The position numbers were made by a program, and so were the translations under genes. From the NCBI GenBank assembly GCA_028534125.1, contig CM052838.1, forward strand, positions 64,728,001 through 64,792,000: DNA of 64,000 bases, in the 5' to 3' direction. Every line of letters begins with the position of its first letter. Within the stretch, counting starts at the first letter, position 1. Of this stretch, positions 40,219 through 52,097 are shown piece by piece. This DNA is from Lama glama. Taxonomy: Eukaryota. The notes under the pieces were generated by a model, which ran no database searches, had not been told where the DNA came from, and worked only from the letters and a program-made list of their open reading frames with translations.

Positions 40219-40315
40219 TCACCTAAGGAGCATGCATTCCCCTGTGGTGAGAGCCAGCACACGCTGGGACCAGACGAGGCTCTTTCCCACGGCTCCCGGG
40301 CTCCGGGCATCTTAC

Positions 40316-40404
40316 CAGGGGGATCCGGGCACTGGGGTGGAGGCCACGGGTCTCGTGCCTTTGGCTGCGCTGTCCTCTCCTGTCACTAGGATCGAAGGAG
40401 GCTC
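40316..40404 (-). CDS. TCERG1L: TCERG1L coding exon (exon 6 equivalent), 89 nt: [29 protein letters not shown](W); start of the WW domain
   Basis: Acceptor tttctgttgaaag|GAGCCT and donor CCCTG|gtaag; phase 0 to phase 2. [12 protein letters not shown] is the lead-in to the TCERG1-family WW domain. Confidence 0.93.
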
Positions 40405-43400
40405 CTTTCAACAGAAACAGAAGGAGATCACTTTCTTTTTTTTTAAACTTAAAACGCTCGTCTCCAATGATAAGCAGCCAAATAAAGGAGAACAGGTCTT
40501 CTGCAGACAGACCTGCCCACAGCGGCTGCTAGATGGTGGCCCGCTGGGGACAGTCAGTGAAGGGGACCGGGCAGTTGTGCCACAGCCTAGAACCAGCGGC
40601 ACAACCAGGCGGAGTCCCTCAGACTGAGGCGACCCCCGGTTAGCCCAGACGGGCTGAGCCGCCTGCTTGTGCAGAATCAGGCACAGGCGTGGCAGCCGAG
40701 AGCCTGCTTCTGGCTGCCTGGGTGTCCTGGGGGCAGGAAGCCCCGCTGCATTTGTCTCTGGGAACGGGCTGACCCAGCGGCTGGAGTCACGGTGCCCCAA
40801 ACGCTGCCTTCAGGGGCAGAGAACCTCGGAGCTGTGAGGGTCCCGGGTGCGGCCGGCCCGGCCCGGCCCGGCCCTCGAAGGCAGGAGGAAGTGGCAAGCC
40901 CACTGCTTGCCGGGTCCAGCAGCCCCGGTGACGCGCCTCCTGGAGCGTCTCCCTGGGGGCCGACGTCAGGGCGTGTTTTACGTTGTGCGGGTGATTCTGG
41001 TGCACTGTGGGGTTTGAATCCCTCCGTCTCTGTCTCCATCGAGAAAATAAAAATGTTTGAACGTGGCATCACGTAGAAGAAAATGAAGACTTACTTCCTA
41101 AAGTTAAAAAAAAATAAACTGTGGCTGGGACGCTTGATCGTTGTTCACTATGGATGGAATTTGGAGAGAAGTAGAAGCTGCGTGAGGCTGGAAAACACGG
41201 ACGGTTGCACCGCAGCTCGGATCCCCGGTTCAGGCTGGCCTGTCGGCCCAGCAGGTTGCAGCGGACCCCGGGTTTTGTTCGACAAAAGGAATCCGAACCC
41301 AGTCCCTACGGGGGGACTGGAGGACCCCAAGGAGGAGGTTGTGTGTGTGTGTGTTTTAGGGAGACTCGGCCTCAGCTTGGGAGTAGCTGTAAGAAAGAAA
41401 TGCAGTCGCAGGGAGTGCAGTAAACCCTGGAGGGGAGGAAGTTTTTCCCTTCTACCGGCTGCTTCCATGGTTTTAAATCCCAAATTTAGAAGACTGTAGA
41501 GAGGACTGCGCTCGCTGTCTCTCGGAACCAGGTGAGAGTAGACGCTAGACGCTTCTCAAAGCGGCAGCCGGGCTCTGGGTGGAGTCAGGAGCGATCACGG
41601 CTGTAGATTCATGTGTAAGGAATTGGAACGCATCCCGGAACGCCACCCCGCATGTGGAGAATCTCTGTTTTGACCATCACCACTGTCAGTGCCTTGTGAG
41701 CGAAGGCGAGGACACCATTAACCATTGGTCTGAATGATGAAAAGTGGGGACACCACACCCCCTCACCCCGTGTGAGCCTGATGCTGCAGGGCCGGCCGTG
41801 CAGGGATGTAACGGTGGACCCTAAAGACCACAAACTTGCTCCAGGGCCCCCAAGGGCCACACTGGGACCAGGACTCATCCCACCGTTGCGGCCAAATTTC
41901 TGATTCATTCGAAAGGAAAGGGCCAAATTCTGGGAGCACTGAAGCATCAAATTCAGACATAAAGTTAAAAGAGCACCAAGGGTCTACACGGGCGAGATAA
42001 GCCCCAAACGAGCAACGTGGAGCTCCCGCAGAGCCCTCGGCTGCAGAGTGAGGCTGTCTTCTCCTCACAGCGGAGGAGGACCCGGGTCAAAGGGAGCGAA
42101 CAGCCAGTGTCAGCAGAGCCGGCAGGAGGACGGACGGGAGGAGGGGACGGAGGACGGGCCGGAGGGCCAGGGATACAGCACTCATCCGGGCGAGGCCCAG
42201 CGTGGACTCTGGGCGGGGCCGTTGGCAGCCCGTCTCCTCGACCTCAGGCCAGGAAGCCCCGGGCCGTGGCAGGCGGTCTCGGCCGCATGTGTCCATCCCG
42301 GGGTCTGCTTGTGGCCCTTCATTCATTGTGACAGGTAATCACACTGAATAAATGATCTGTGATTTATATAATTATCCGCAGGTTGGTGAGTTTAGGAACA
42401 GCGTTTTTCAGAACTCGGGGGTAACAGGAAATGTCCTCGTGTCCCGTGAGAAAGTGAGTTCAAGCTACACAACAAACATGTCAGGAGTGTCCAGAAACAG
42501 CTGTGTTCAAATTTCTATGAGTGTGAGGACCAGAGTTTATGTCCCTAACCCAATCAGAAAAACTAGGGGCGGTTTTCATTACGAAGCTAATTGAGTAATG
42601 AAACCCAGTGAGGGGCCTCTGAGCAGGGGGTGGCCCCAGCCGATCATTCCAGGGACCTTGGCGGGACGTGGTTTGTGACAGGGACTAACACTTACACGCG
42701 GCGACGCCGGTGTTCTCCAGGGCTAATTACCAAGGTCGTCTTCCTGAGGCCCGTGCTGGTCATGATTTCCTGGTGGTGATAAAGACGGCTAATCGTGGCA
42801 TAAAACTGCCCTTGCACGCTGAAGTAATAAAAGTGAGTGAGAGGCGCGGAGCCCCGTGATGAAGAAAGTAGTTAAGAGAGAAGAAAGACGACCTGCTTAG
42901 CAAACGCGTAACTCCGGCCTGGCAGTGCGTCTCCTCTAGAGAAATCCTGCGTGCAGAGCGGAAGCTCAGCCTGCACTCGCGTTGCTGATCCACTCACACC
43001 GTCCGGCACCGGCACTCAGGGCAGGAGGGAGCCGTGAACCCCGGCTGGGCGGCGGGGGCTGGGGCGGACGGGCGGGAGCGGGAGGTCACAGGCTTGAGGC
43101 AGGCACACACCCGGTGGCGGCGGAGGGAGGCGAGCGTTCACAGGGCCCGGGGGCCGACGCGCGGCCTCCAGCGTGTCTGACAGATCAGGGCAGGGGCCAT
43201 TTGTGACTTTCAAAGCAGCAATCAGAGCCAGTTTTGTGGGTGATTCACGGGAAGGTAAGTGCCTCAAACACACTCAAGGGCGATCCAGCGAAGGCCATTT
43301 GGTGAGGAGCAGGCAAGGACCGGAGACTCTACTGAGTTAAGAAGACAGACGTGTGTCGGGCTTTCTGTGGCAGGGAGACCAGTCGCAGACGAAGCCTTGC

Positions 43401-43728
43401 CCGCGTGCCAGGTGGCTGCGACAGCCTGGCCGTCTGCGCGCACGTGCCTCCTGAGATGCGGGGACGGCGCCCGTGGGGGCCAGGGTCACCACCCACGCCG
43501 CCCTGGACCCAGACGCGGAGGGGACGGCCAGGCTGCTTCTGCCCAGGTCCCACGCGCCCCTCCCTCCCGCTCTGCAGTGAACTGGCACGGTCCCGCTGGG
43601 TCTGGCCCCGCTTCACACGCGCATCTGCAAAGCGTCACAGCCCAGAGCCGGGCGGTTAAACGGGTGTGAAGGGTGTGCAGGCCCCCGGGCCCCCAGCCCG
43701 GGGTTTCACGTCTTTCACGCCCACCGAC

Positions 43729-43820
43729 CTTGTCCTCCGTGTCCCCCGCCGGGCTCCTCCTCTCTGCCTGCAGCGTCGGGGCTGGAGGGCAGGGCGCTCG
43801 GCCGCGCTCCCTGCTTTTAT
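43729..43820 (-). CDS. TCERG1L: TCERG1L coding exon (human exon 5 equivalent), 92 nt: (D)KSRERGRAPCPPAPTLQAERRSPAGDTEDK
   Basis: Acceptor tgtcccacag|ATAAAAG and donor GACAAG|gtcggt; phase 1 to phase 0. Resembles recalled human DTRTERGRVARPPALMLRAQKSRDGDKEDK and joins in frame to the next exon. Confidence 0.85.
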
Positions 43821-44580
43821 CTGTGGGACAAAGCAACCGTCATGAGCATCCACGGGTCACGTCAGTTTGGAAAAACTGAACAGGGACAAACAATGGCCTG
43901 AGAGCTCAAGGTGGTGGCACAAAGCATGCATCCGGGAGGCAGAGCTGAGTGGTCAGCGCTTCCACTGCAGCCTCATGACAAGGTCCCCTGGCAACTCCAT
44001 CCCCAGGGCAATTGGCTACACCTTGTGGACCAGGCCACATGGGTCACGGACCTACAGGACACAGGCCCCCGATGAGGACAAGGGCCAATGCGGGCGGCAA
44101 GGCCAGGCTTTCCTAGGCTTTGACAGTTGGTGGCCGTGATAGGCCACCTGGGGCCTGGGTCCCCCCCAGGGGGTCCATGTTGGTCACACCTCCCATTTCC
44201 ACTTTTTTTTGGTCACTAAAGTGGGCTCTGGCTCGACCACGGGCGGTCTGCACGGTGCTTTGAAAAGTGAGTGTCTGGGAGGAAGGGGGCGAAAGTGGCA
44301 AAAACATGGTTACGGGATGTGAAAACAGCTTCATCCTCATGGAAGATGCCCGCGTCGCCCTGGGGTAGGGAGCAGGCAGTGCTGGCCAGCAGGGCTGACC
44401 GCTGTGTTACTGCCATGGTCAGGAGGGCCCAGACAGCCGGCCACACACCACGCCTAGTTCGCCCGGGGGAGCCTGGGAGGGGTCGTTTGACCTGGGGCTC
44501 CTGTCTGTCCAGAGCAGCTGGGAAGGTCCCAGGGGCACGTCCTCCCAGCGGAAGGGAGGAAGGAGGGACGAGGAGCATCT

Positions 44581-44772
44581 GCGTGTGTGTGTGCCTGTGT
44601 GTGTGTGCATGTGTGTGCATGTGCATATGTGAATGTGTGTGTCCTGGTGTGCGTGTATATGTGTATGTGCGTGTATGTGCGTGTACTAGTGTGTGTGCAT
44701 GTGTGTTTATGTGTGTGTGTGCATTTGTGTGTGTGTGTGCGCTTGTGTCTGTGTGTACGTGTGTGTGCATGC
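44581..44772. repeat. Degenerate (TG)n simple repeat, about 190 bp
   Basis: Directly visible. Confidence 0.92.
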
Positions 44773-47700
44773 ACTGGCTCAGCTCCCGCATGGGGCCCAG
44801 CCACGGCGCCCAGGCGGCATCCGTACCTGCACTCACGGCTTCAGAGCGGCATCCAGCCTGTGTGAGCTCTCGGTGAGGAAGCCCCTCACTCCGACCCTCC
44901 ATTATGCGCTCGGAGGTGGAGGTGGACCAGCACCCAGGCCCCCCAGAGGTGCTGCACCTGGACTAGGCAGAAGCATGGGGGAGCCAACCCGGATGTCTCC
45001 CCTCCATCTGTCACCGGCATGGATGGATGGATAGAGTTTGTCACGACCTCAGAGAGGCCCTTGCCCACTCGCTGTCACTCTGAAGGGTGGTCTGGCCTGC
45101 AGGCTCTCTCCAGTGGCCAGCAGGCTGGTCCTAGCTGTTAAACGGGGCTTTGTGGAGCTGATGGCTAACAGGCCGAGCAGGGAGCCAGGCCTCGCGGGCT
45201 CCTGCGGTCCTCACTTCTCACGCACGTGCGTCTAGAGCCTGGACCGCACTTTCTTTCACGCACAGAGCCGACCGCGGCGCTCCTGGGCAGATGTGACCAC
45301 CACCCAGAGACACGCCTCGGGCCACTTCCCTGTTGGCCTTGGGGAAGGAGCCACCCACTGGTCACCGAGCTGTAAACCCGGACCCCGCTCTACCGCACGG
45401 GCAGTGGGACTGCTGTGTTGTCTCTCAGGGTGACAGCAGGGCCCCGGGCGACGAGCGTCTCCAGAACCTGCAAGAACGATGCGCCCCACACCCGCCTGCT
45501 GCCGAGGTGGGCGTGCAGCGTGGCGCCGGGACTCTGGGTGGGGCTGCCCACTCCTGCCTCTACTCAGAGGCCCTTTGTGCGGTGGAGACCAGGTGCCCTA
45601 AACACCCGGGGACCCTCAGCAATGAGGTTGTCCTCTCAGGGCAGAACCAGCCGTGGAGCAGGCGCGGTGATGCCATTAGATCGACAGTGCATTCTCCGAC
45701 GACCGCCCCACTCGTCCCGCGGAGCCCCCTGTCTAACAAGGCCTAGGGCCGCGGAGCTCCGTCTCTGCTTCAGCCCTGGCCCTGATCCCACCAGCCAGTC
45801 AGCTCGTGTGAGACGGGAGCAGCGAGTTTGCCAGGAGGAGTCTGAGGGGCAGCTCTGGGACCCAGCCCTTCTCCCCGCTGCATCCGAGGGCCAGTGCCCA
45901 AGGTGGGCAGAGTGGATTTGCCGTGACGTCTAGCTGCGGGCAGCCCTGGCGGGATGTCTGGTCCAGCCAGAGGGATGCGAGGGCCCGTTCTGGGGGGAAG
46001 CCAAGAGGGCAGTGTCTGGAGAACCCACCAGAGCAGCTCTTGTGAGAAAGAGGATGGGGACACAAGGACACGGCCTCATCCAAGAGACCGCAGCCACGGG
46101 AGCTCCCCAGAGCCGCCCACAGGACCTGGGACCGTCAGCCCCGCCCAGCAAGGGAGGCCAGAGAATAAGCAGAAACCCAACCCACCCCCCCGCCGCCCGC
46201 CTCCCCACAGAGCCTGAGGAAGGGGAGAGGAGCTTGAACTTCTAAGGAGGTGGCCCGTTTGGGTTGTGACCCTGGGCTCCGCTTTCTAATTGCTGGACTG
46301 AGCCCTGTGCTGTGGACAGAAACGAGCAGATGGCTTTTCACGACCTGAGCTCGAGCCAGAGCCACGTGGCCTGGGGTCCTTCCCAGTCTGCACGGGGGCC
46401 GTGCCAGGAGGAAGCGGCTGTGTCCTGTGCCAACATGGGGGCTCCGGGCAGGGGCTGCAGCCATCCTGCGTCACCAGACCCGCGAGTCAGCATCCTCTCA
46501 GCTTGTGCAATCACACGCGTTATAAACAAAAATAGGAGGGGAAACTGAGAACAGGGCCCCCTGCTCATCAGAACACTCTTCTCGGAGAGAGCCGTCTGCT
46601 TACACGTCGTCCCTCGTCACCCTGAGAAAATACATGCATTTTTTCTTGCCTTTATAACCAGTTGAGCCTGGTAGAAATCAGCTCCACAAATCCAGCTCTG
46701 GGGACAAAGACACCGGCGGTGCGCACTGTGACTGCTTCTTTGAGAAGGAAGTCCTTCCTGGGGAATCACTTGAAAGCCCCTCGGGGCGCCACGGCCCCCC
46801 ACTCGACTCCTGTGACAAACGCCTGGGCCCGGCCCTGCGCTCCGTCCTTACGAGCCGGCACTTTCTAATCGCACGGGTCCCACGGCCGCCTCGCTGTGTG
46901 GCTGAGCCCGGCGGCCCTGCGCTCCCGGGGTGGCTGGCATCTGGCCGTTCCGCCCTGGAAGTGCCGCGGGCCTCGGGCGGCTGCAGGGCCCTCTGACACG
47001 TGTAACTGCCCTGCACCCTGGGCCTCTCTGCAAACTCCGACGATGTTGTCATAAAGTGCCCCGGGGTGCCTGGAGGACTGGCTTATGGAGGGACACCCAC
47101 AAGCTGTGAGTCCCCGGGCGCCGAAGCGCTGGGAGCGCGCGGCACGTCTCCCCGCACAGCTCACCCCTCCATCAGGCCCGGCTCTCGGGTCTGGAGAGCT
47201 CTTAGCTGGCCTGCGGCCGATTTTCCTCCTGCCAGGGCTGAGTAACAGGGGCCCGGGAAGGTGGCGTGGAGTCTGGAAGGGAAAAGGGGCCTGGGTGATG
47301 TGGATCAATCAGCTGACACGCACACATCTGCTGCGTGTCCGGAGTCCAGCACAGCCCTGGTGCTCGTGGGCAGAAGTGGGGGCAGAGGTGGGCGCAGCCG
47401 GACGGTGACTTCCCTCAGAAGGCTGTGGGAATCGGGGAGGGGAGGGGGTACACTGCAGCCCTTGGGAGGTGGCCGGTGGCAATAACTTGTCCCCTTGAAC
47501 AAAGAGGACAGAAGACCGAGCCCCTTCTCACGGGCAAGGCTTAGCTGTGAAAACTCTCGGCCCAGCAATCAGCCAACCTTGCGTCCCTGAGAGAAGCATG
47601 AGGTGGGTGTGCTGCATCCTGATCTGAGGGCAGGCTCCCGCCAGCTGTCCAGCATGTCACCCCAGGCCATGATTCCCATCCAAACCGCCTGTCCTCTTAG

Positions 47701-50307
47701 CGTCGCAGAGTCGTGAAGACTCAAAGGAACCTGCTGTCTTCGGGCACCCAGGCTCAGACCGAAGACGGGTTCCTCGCGGCGGAGCTGGGTCAGCAGCCGT
47801 GCCCTGCACTTCCGCAAAGGCTGCTTCTGCTGAATAAAGGACTAGGGTGTTTTTAAACATTTAAAAATCATTTTTCAATTATTAAAATGAAGAACCTTCG
47901 CAGACAAGTCCAAATTGTCTAATGTCTAATGGTCAAAAGTGATGAAAATTTGTCAGCGTCTTCTACTTCAAAGGGTGATTCTGAAATTCAGTCCCATTTG
48001 AATCCAATACATTCTGCCCTGTCTTGGTCCCAGTTTCCTCCTCTAAAAAGTTAACTCATCTCCTAAATTTCTTGCAACTCTAGGACTTTGAAAGTCAACA
48101 GGAGGCCTGGAACGCTTGGGGCACATCGCAGGGAAAAGAAGAGGCCAGCGGTGACCTTGGAGGGCCGGTGCGGACAGTCTTCCGGTCTCCTCCTGGGGGG
48201 ATGGAAGTGGATTAACCCCACGAAGAGGCAAGAGGCCCTTAGACTCTGGAAGCCAGCGGTGACCTCGCGTGGAGTTAGTGCAGGGTCTCCTCCGAGAATG
48301 AGGAGACGCCTGACCCACAGACCACCTGCGCCATGGGACCCTGACGGTGACTTCCTGGGGGTGCCGGTGAGGCTGGGGGGCACCAGGACGGCTTGAGGTC
48401 TCTGGTCGTTGCAGACCACTGGCCGTCACGGGAAGGTTTACAGAGCGATCCCACACCACTAACCCCGCACGCGCGCGGGCCTCACCCCGCAGCAGGCTGG
48501 AAGCAGCAAACATCCGGGTGTCTGCGGGGGCGGCGCTTGGAAGCAGAGGTCTCCTCAGCGACTGGAGAGGCTGTGGGGGACGTGGGCTGCGAGGGGCAGC
48601 CCTGTCATCCTGGGCTCCATCTTCCGGGGTCGCCACATCTAGCGACCCGTTTCCCTAGATGAACGTTCTCACCTCCAAGAACAAGTGACGCGCCGTCCAC
48701 TTAGGGAAGTGCCTTACGGGGAATGATGAGCGGTGCTTTAATCTTGAATCCTGGCTCCTCGTAAGCACCATCTTAAAATAGTTCCTGCGACGCCCGGGCC
48801 AAATAGAAACCATCATCTCCCTTTACACGCAAGACGCCGAGACGAGGTGAGCCACTTTCCAGGTTGGAACATAAATCATAAGGGAAGGCGGAAATTATTT
48901 GCCAACTGAGCGGCACTGGGGTCCTTTGACAAATTTGATAATAAAATAAGAGGAAAATGAGTTTCTGCGTAAGATAATGAAAATGGCACACGCCGTCAGT
49001 TGCGTATGGTTCTGAATGAGGCGGAGAAGGCGCTGATTTCCAGAATCCACCCTCTCCATAAAAACCAAAATATCAAAAGGAGACTGGGCCCCGGGAACGT
49101 GGCCGAGCCCAGTGTTACTGCAGCCCAGGTGGTGCCCTAGCAGGGCCGCCGGCCCTGGAGGACCAGCGGACGCCGGAGAGACACGAACAGACGGCGGGGC
49201 CGAAGACAAGCAAACCGAGAGGACCAGACGGCAGGCAGCAGGGTGTTGAGCTGGTCTGTGGGGGGCGGGGAAGCCTGGTGGAGGGAGCCTGGAGCAGGGA
49301 GGTCGCTCCTGCCGTCCCCTGTCCCCTCAAGCTGCGCCACCGGGGAGACCCGGGGTCTCCCTGCTCAGAGATTGGAAGGGTGGTCAGCGTGGCCAGGCTG
49401 GGCTCATGGGGAGCTGTTCTCCCTGCCCTCCTCTCGGGCCCACGGGCTGGGTCTCCCGTCCTCTGGAGGCACCCACCACTTAGCGTGGCCAACGTGGCTG
49501 GGGACCTGGGGCTGTGAGTCAAAGTCCCCGGACACCTGGGGGCGCAGCTGCCCAGGCGTCATGATGATGCTGGGAGCGTCCGTACCAACACACCTCCCCG
49601 TCTCACTGGGGACGCAGCCTTGGCGCGCACAGCAGGCCCACAGCCAGCAACACAGACAGGACCCCGGCGGCTCGGGCGGTTTTCTCTGAGAGCCCCACGC
49701 GGGGATAAAGGACAGACACTGGTCCGGCAGGGGCACCTCCGGGTGATGCTGTCAGGCCTGCTCAGGGGGCCAGCGCAGCAGCCGGCGTCCAGGACCTCAG
49801 GACACTGCGTGCTGGAGAGGGCGAGGGTCCCAGGTCACTGATGGGCCCTGGGTCCCGCGCTCGGGCCCACCCGCGCACGCCCACTGTCCTGCTCCCTCAG
49901 CAGAGAAGTCCTTCTCGCCTTCACTGTAGCTGAAGCTCATTTTCAGGTAAACGGCGAATCGTTCCCGAGCCCTAAATTTTTCATGGGCAGCCATTTCACA
50001 GGGTTGACAAGCTGCAAACGGAATTCACCCCCTGCCAGTTTGTAACACCCTGGATCCCCCTTTCTGGAACAAAGGGTTTCAAAACACTCACCCTAGAGGA
50101 CGAGAGCTTGGCTTCCTCCACAAGGAAGGGTCGCAGGACTGTGACGTGGGTCCACCCTGTAACGTGACCATCACCCCACTTCCGCAGAGTGCCCACACCG
50201 CATGTCACTTGTCCTCCCACCTCCGTCCCCAGCCAAGATCCCCAGCCAGGGCTCCCCAGGGTCTGCTGCTGGCCTGATGGACTCCACAGTGTCCGGTGTC
50301 ACCACTG

Positions 50308-50944
50308 TGATACAGGAGAAACGGAGCGTGAGAAGATGGTGGTGTCCCAGGTCCCAGGCAAGTCCCTGGGATGTGCCCTGCCAAGTGAGGGTCCTTGGCT
50401 TCATGCAGGGAAGAATTCAAGAGCGAGCCATGGTTGAGCAAAGGTAGATTTATTCAGAGATACACACGCCATAGACAGAGTGTGAGCCATCTCTGAAGGC
50501 AGAGAGAGCGACCACGGCCTAGGAGACACACTCCGCAGCCAGAACGCGGGCCTTCTCAGCCAGAAGGGAGAGCGGTGGCCTCAGAGCGTGAAGTCAGCCT
50601 GGAAAATGAGACTGGCCACGAGGGGCGCGGTGGCTGGTTCTATGGGCTCGGTAACTTCACAGGCTAACAAGTGGGACGATTACTCCAACTGCTCCAGGGA
50701 AGGGGCGGGGCTTCCCAGGCCCCGGGCCACCCCCCCCCAATTTGACCTCTCAGGGCCAGCCCGGGGGCTGTCCTGGCGCGTGGGAGGGCCAGTCGGCAGC
50801 CGTCGTGTTACAATGGGCGGATTCGGAAGCTCCATGTGGGGGCTGAATCTTCCGCCATCTGGGCGCCCGTGGCCGTGTCATTCCCTGAGTGGCTGTGCCC
50901 TGCCCCTCCCCCCGGTCAGCCCTGACCCCTCTCCTCCTGCATCA
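50308..50944 (-). mobile_element. Solo LTR of an ERV1-type endogenous retrovirus (637 bp)
   Basis: TG...CA termini with 11-bp inverted ends (tgatacaggag / ctcctgcatca). Probable 4-bp TSD actg/gctg with 1 mismatch. Minus-strand AATAAA at 50449-50454, next to an LTR-typical aagaattcaagagcgagcc segment. Confidence 0.8.
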
Positions 50945-52011
50945 GCTGGACAGAACGGCTGTGGGTGATGGGTTATCCTCACCGGCCGTTATAAAACCTG
51001 AAGCCCCCCATCCTTTCGTGAAGGCGGGCTACGCAGGCTGACGGGGACCAATGTCAGAACGGAGACGCGGGACTCCGGCAGGCAACGCGGCGAGCTTTGG
51101 CGTGTCGGCGGTGACAGCACTGCTGCCCGCTTCTGGCGTGGACACGGCGCACGGGGGACATCAGGGTGTGGGATGGAAACTGGGCCAGTGCAGCACTGGC
51201 CCAGAAGGCTGCTCCAGACCCACCGGCACTGCAGCCCTGGGAGCAGGCCGTGTCCGCCGGGGCCAGAGGCGGCCGCACCCAGGCAGTGCGTGTCCGGCGG
51301 GTGATCCAGGCGGCCGGCTGCCCAGGCCACCCCCCGCCCCGACCTCAATACACACGTGCTCTGTGAATGAACCGACGAACGAATGAAGGAGCTACAGGTG
51401 AGCCTTTTGCAATTTCAAAACATACATGCGAAGTTCATCCCAAAGTGGGTACAGCGCAGGCAAGAGAGACACGTTAAATGAGACAGCTTCCGTAAGGACA
51501 CGTAGAAGATTCTGCGCACTCCGGCAGACGTGTACTAAGCCAGTTAAGGCCTTCCCCCAAACTCGGGCCAGGAGGCGGAGGGACAGTGATGGAGACAGTG
51601 GGGTATGGAGGAAGAGGTGGAGGCTGGAAGGGGGACGGAGAGAGACTCACGCAGACAGACTGCAAACCTCCTTTAAAACACTCCCCTCTGGCTCAGGCAG
51701 AACGTGCCATAGACGTGCAACATTCAGCCTTCTCCAGCGAGCACACACCCGCTCCGCGGTGCCAGGCTGAGTTACTTCTGCAGCCCCCCTTCAAGGCAGC
51801 GCGGGAGCCACGGCTGCTGAAGGAAGGAGAGCACCCGCCATCACTCTGCCCCGCCCCTGGGATGCTGGGGAGCACACGCTGGTGATGTCTGTGCCTCCAA
51901 CGTGGGTGTCACCAAAGTCACGGCTGGGCTTGTCACTGCGGCGCCCTGGTGACTGGAGCTGGCAGCAGGGGCGCAGGTGCCCACCCGCCTGAGAGGTGAC
52001 GGTGCACCCAA

Positions 52012-52097
52012 TACGCACAGCACCTGCACATGCGCGCGCACACACGGGCACACGCACAGCACCTGCACACGCACACGGACACGCACACACGGGCACA
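52012..52097. repeat. CA/CG-rich degenerate simple repeat (cgcacagcacctgcaca units)
   Basis: Directly visible. Confidence 0.75.

Noticed and set aside
39487-40389. ORFs spanning N runs (also 27647-27994)
   Set aside because: Artefacts of translating assembly gaps.
44420-44452. Minus-strand TGGTGTGTGG (W-C-V) considered as the missing WW exon
   Set aside because: It continues AGCLG rather than VWTGDDRVFF, and lies on the wrong side of exons 5 and 6.
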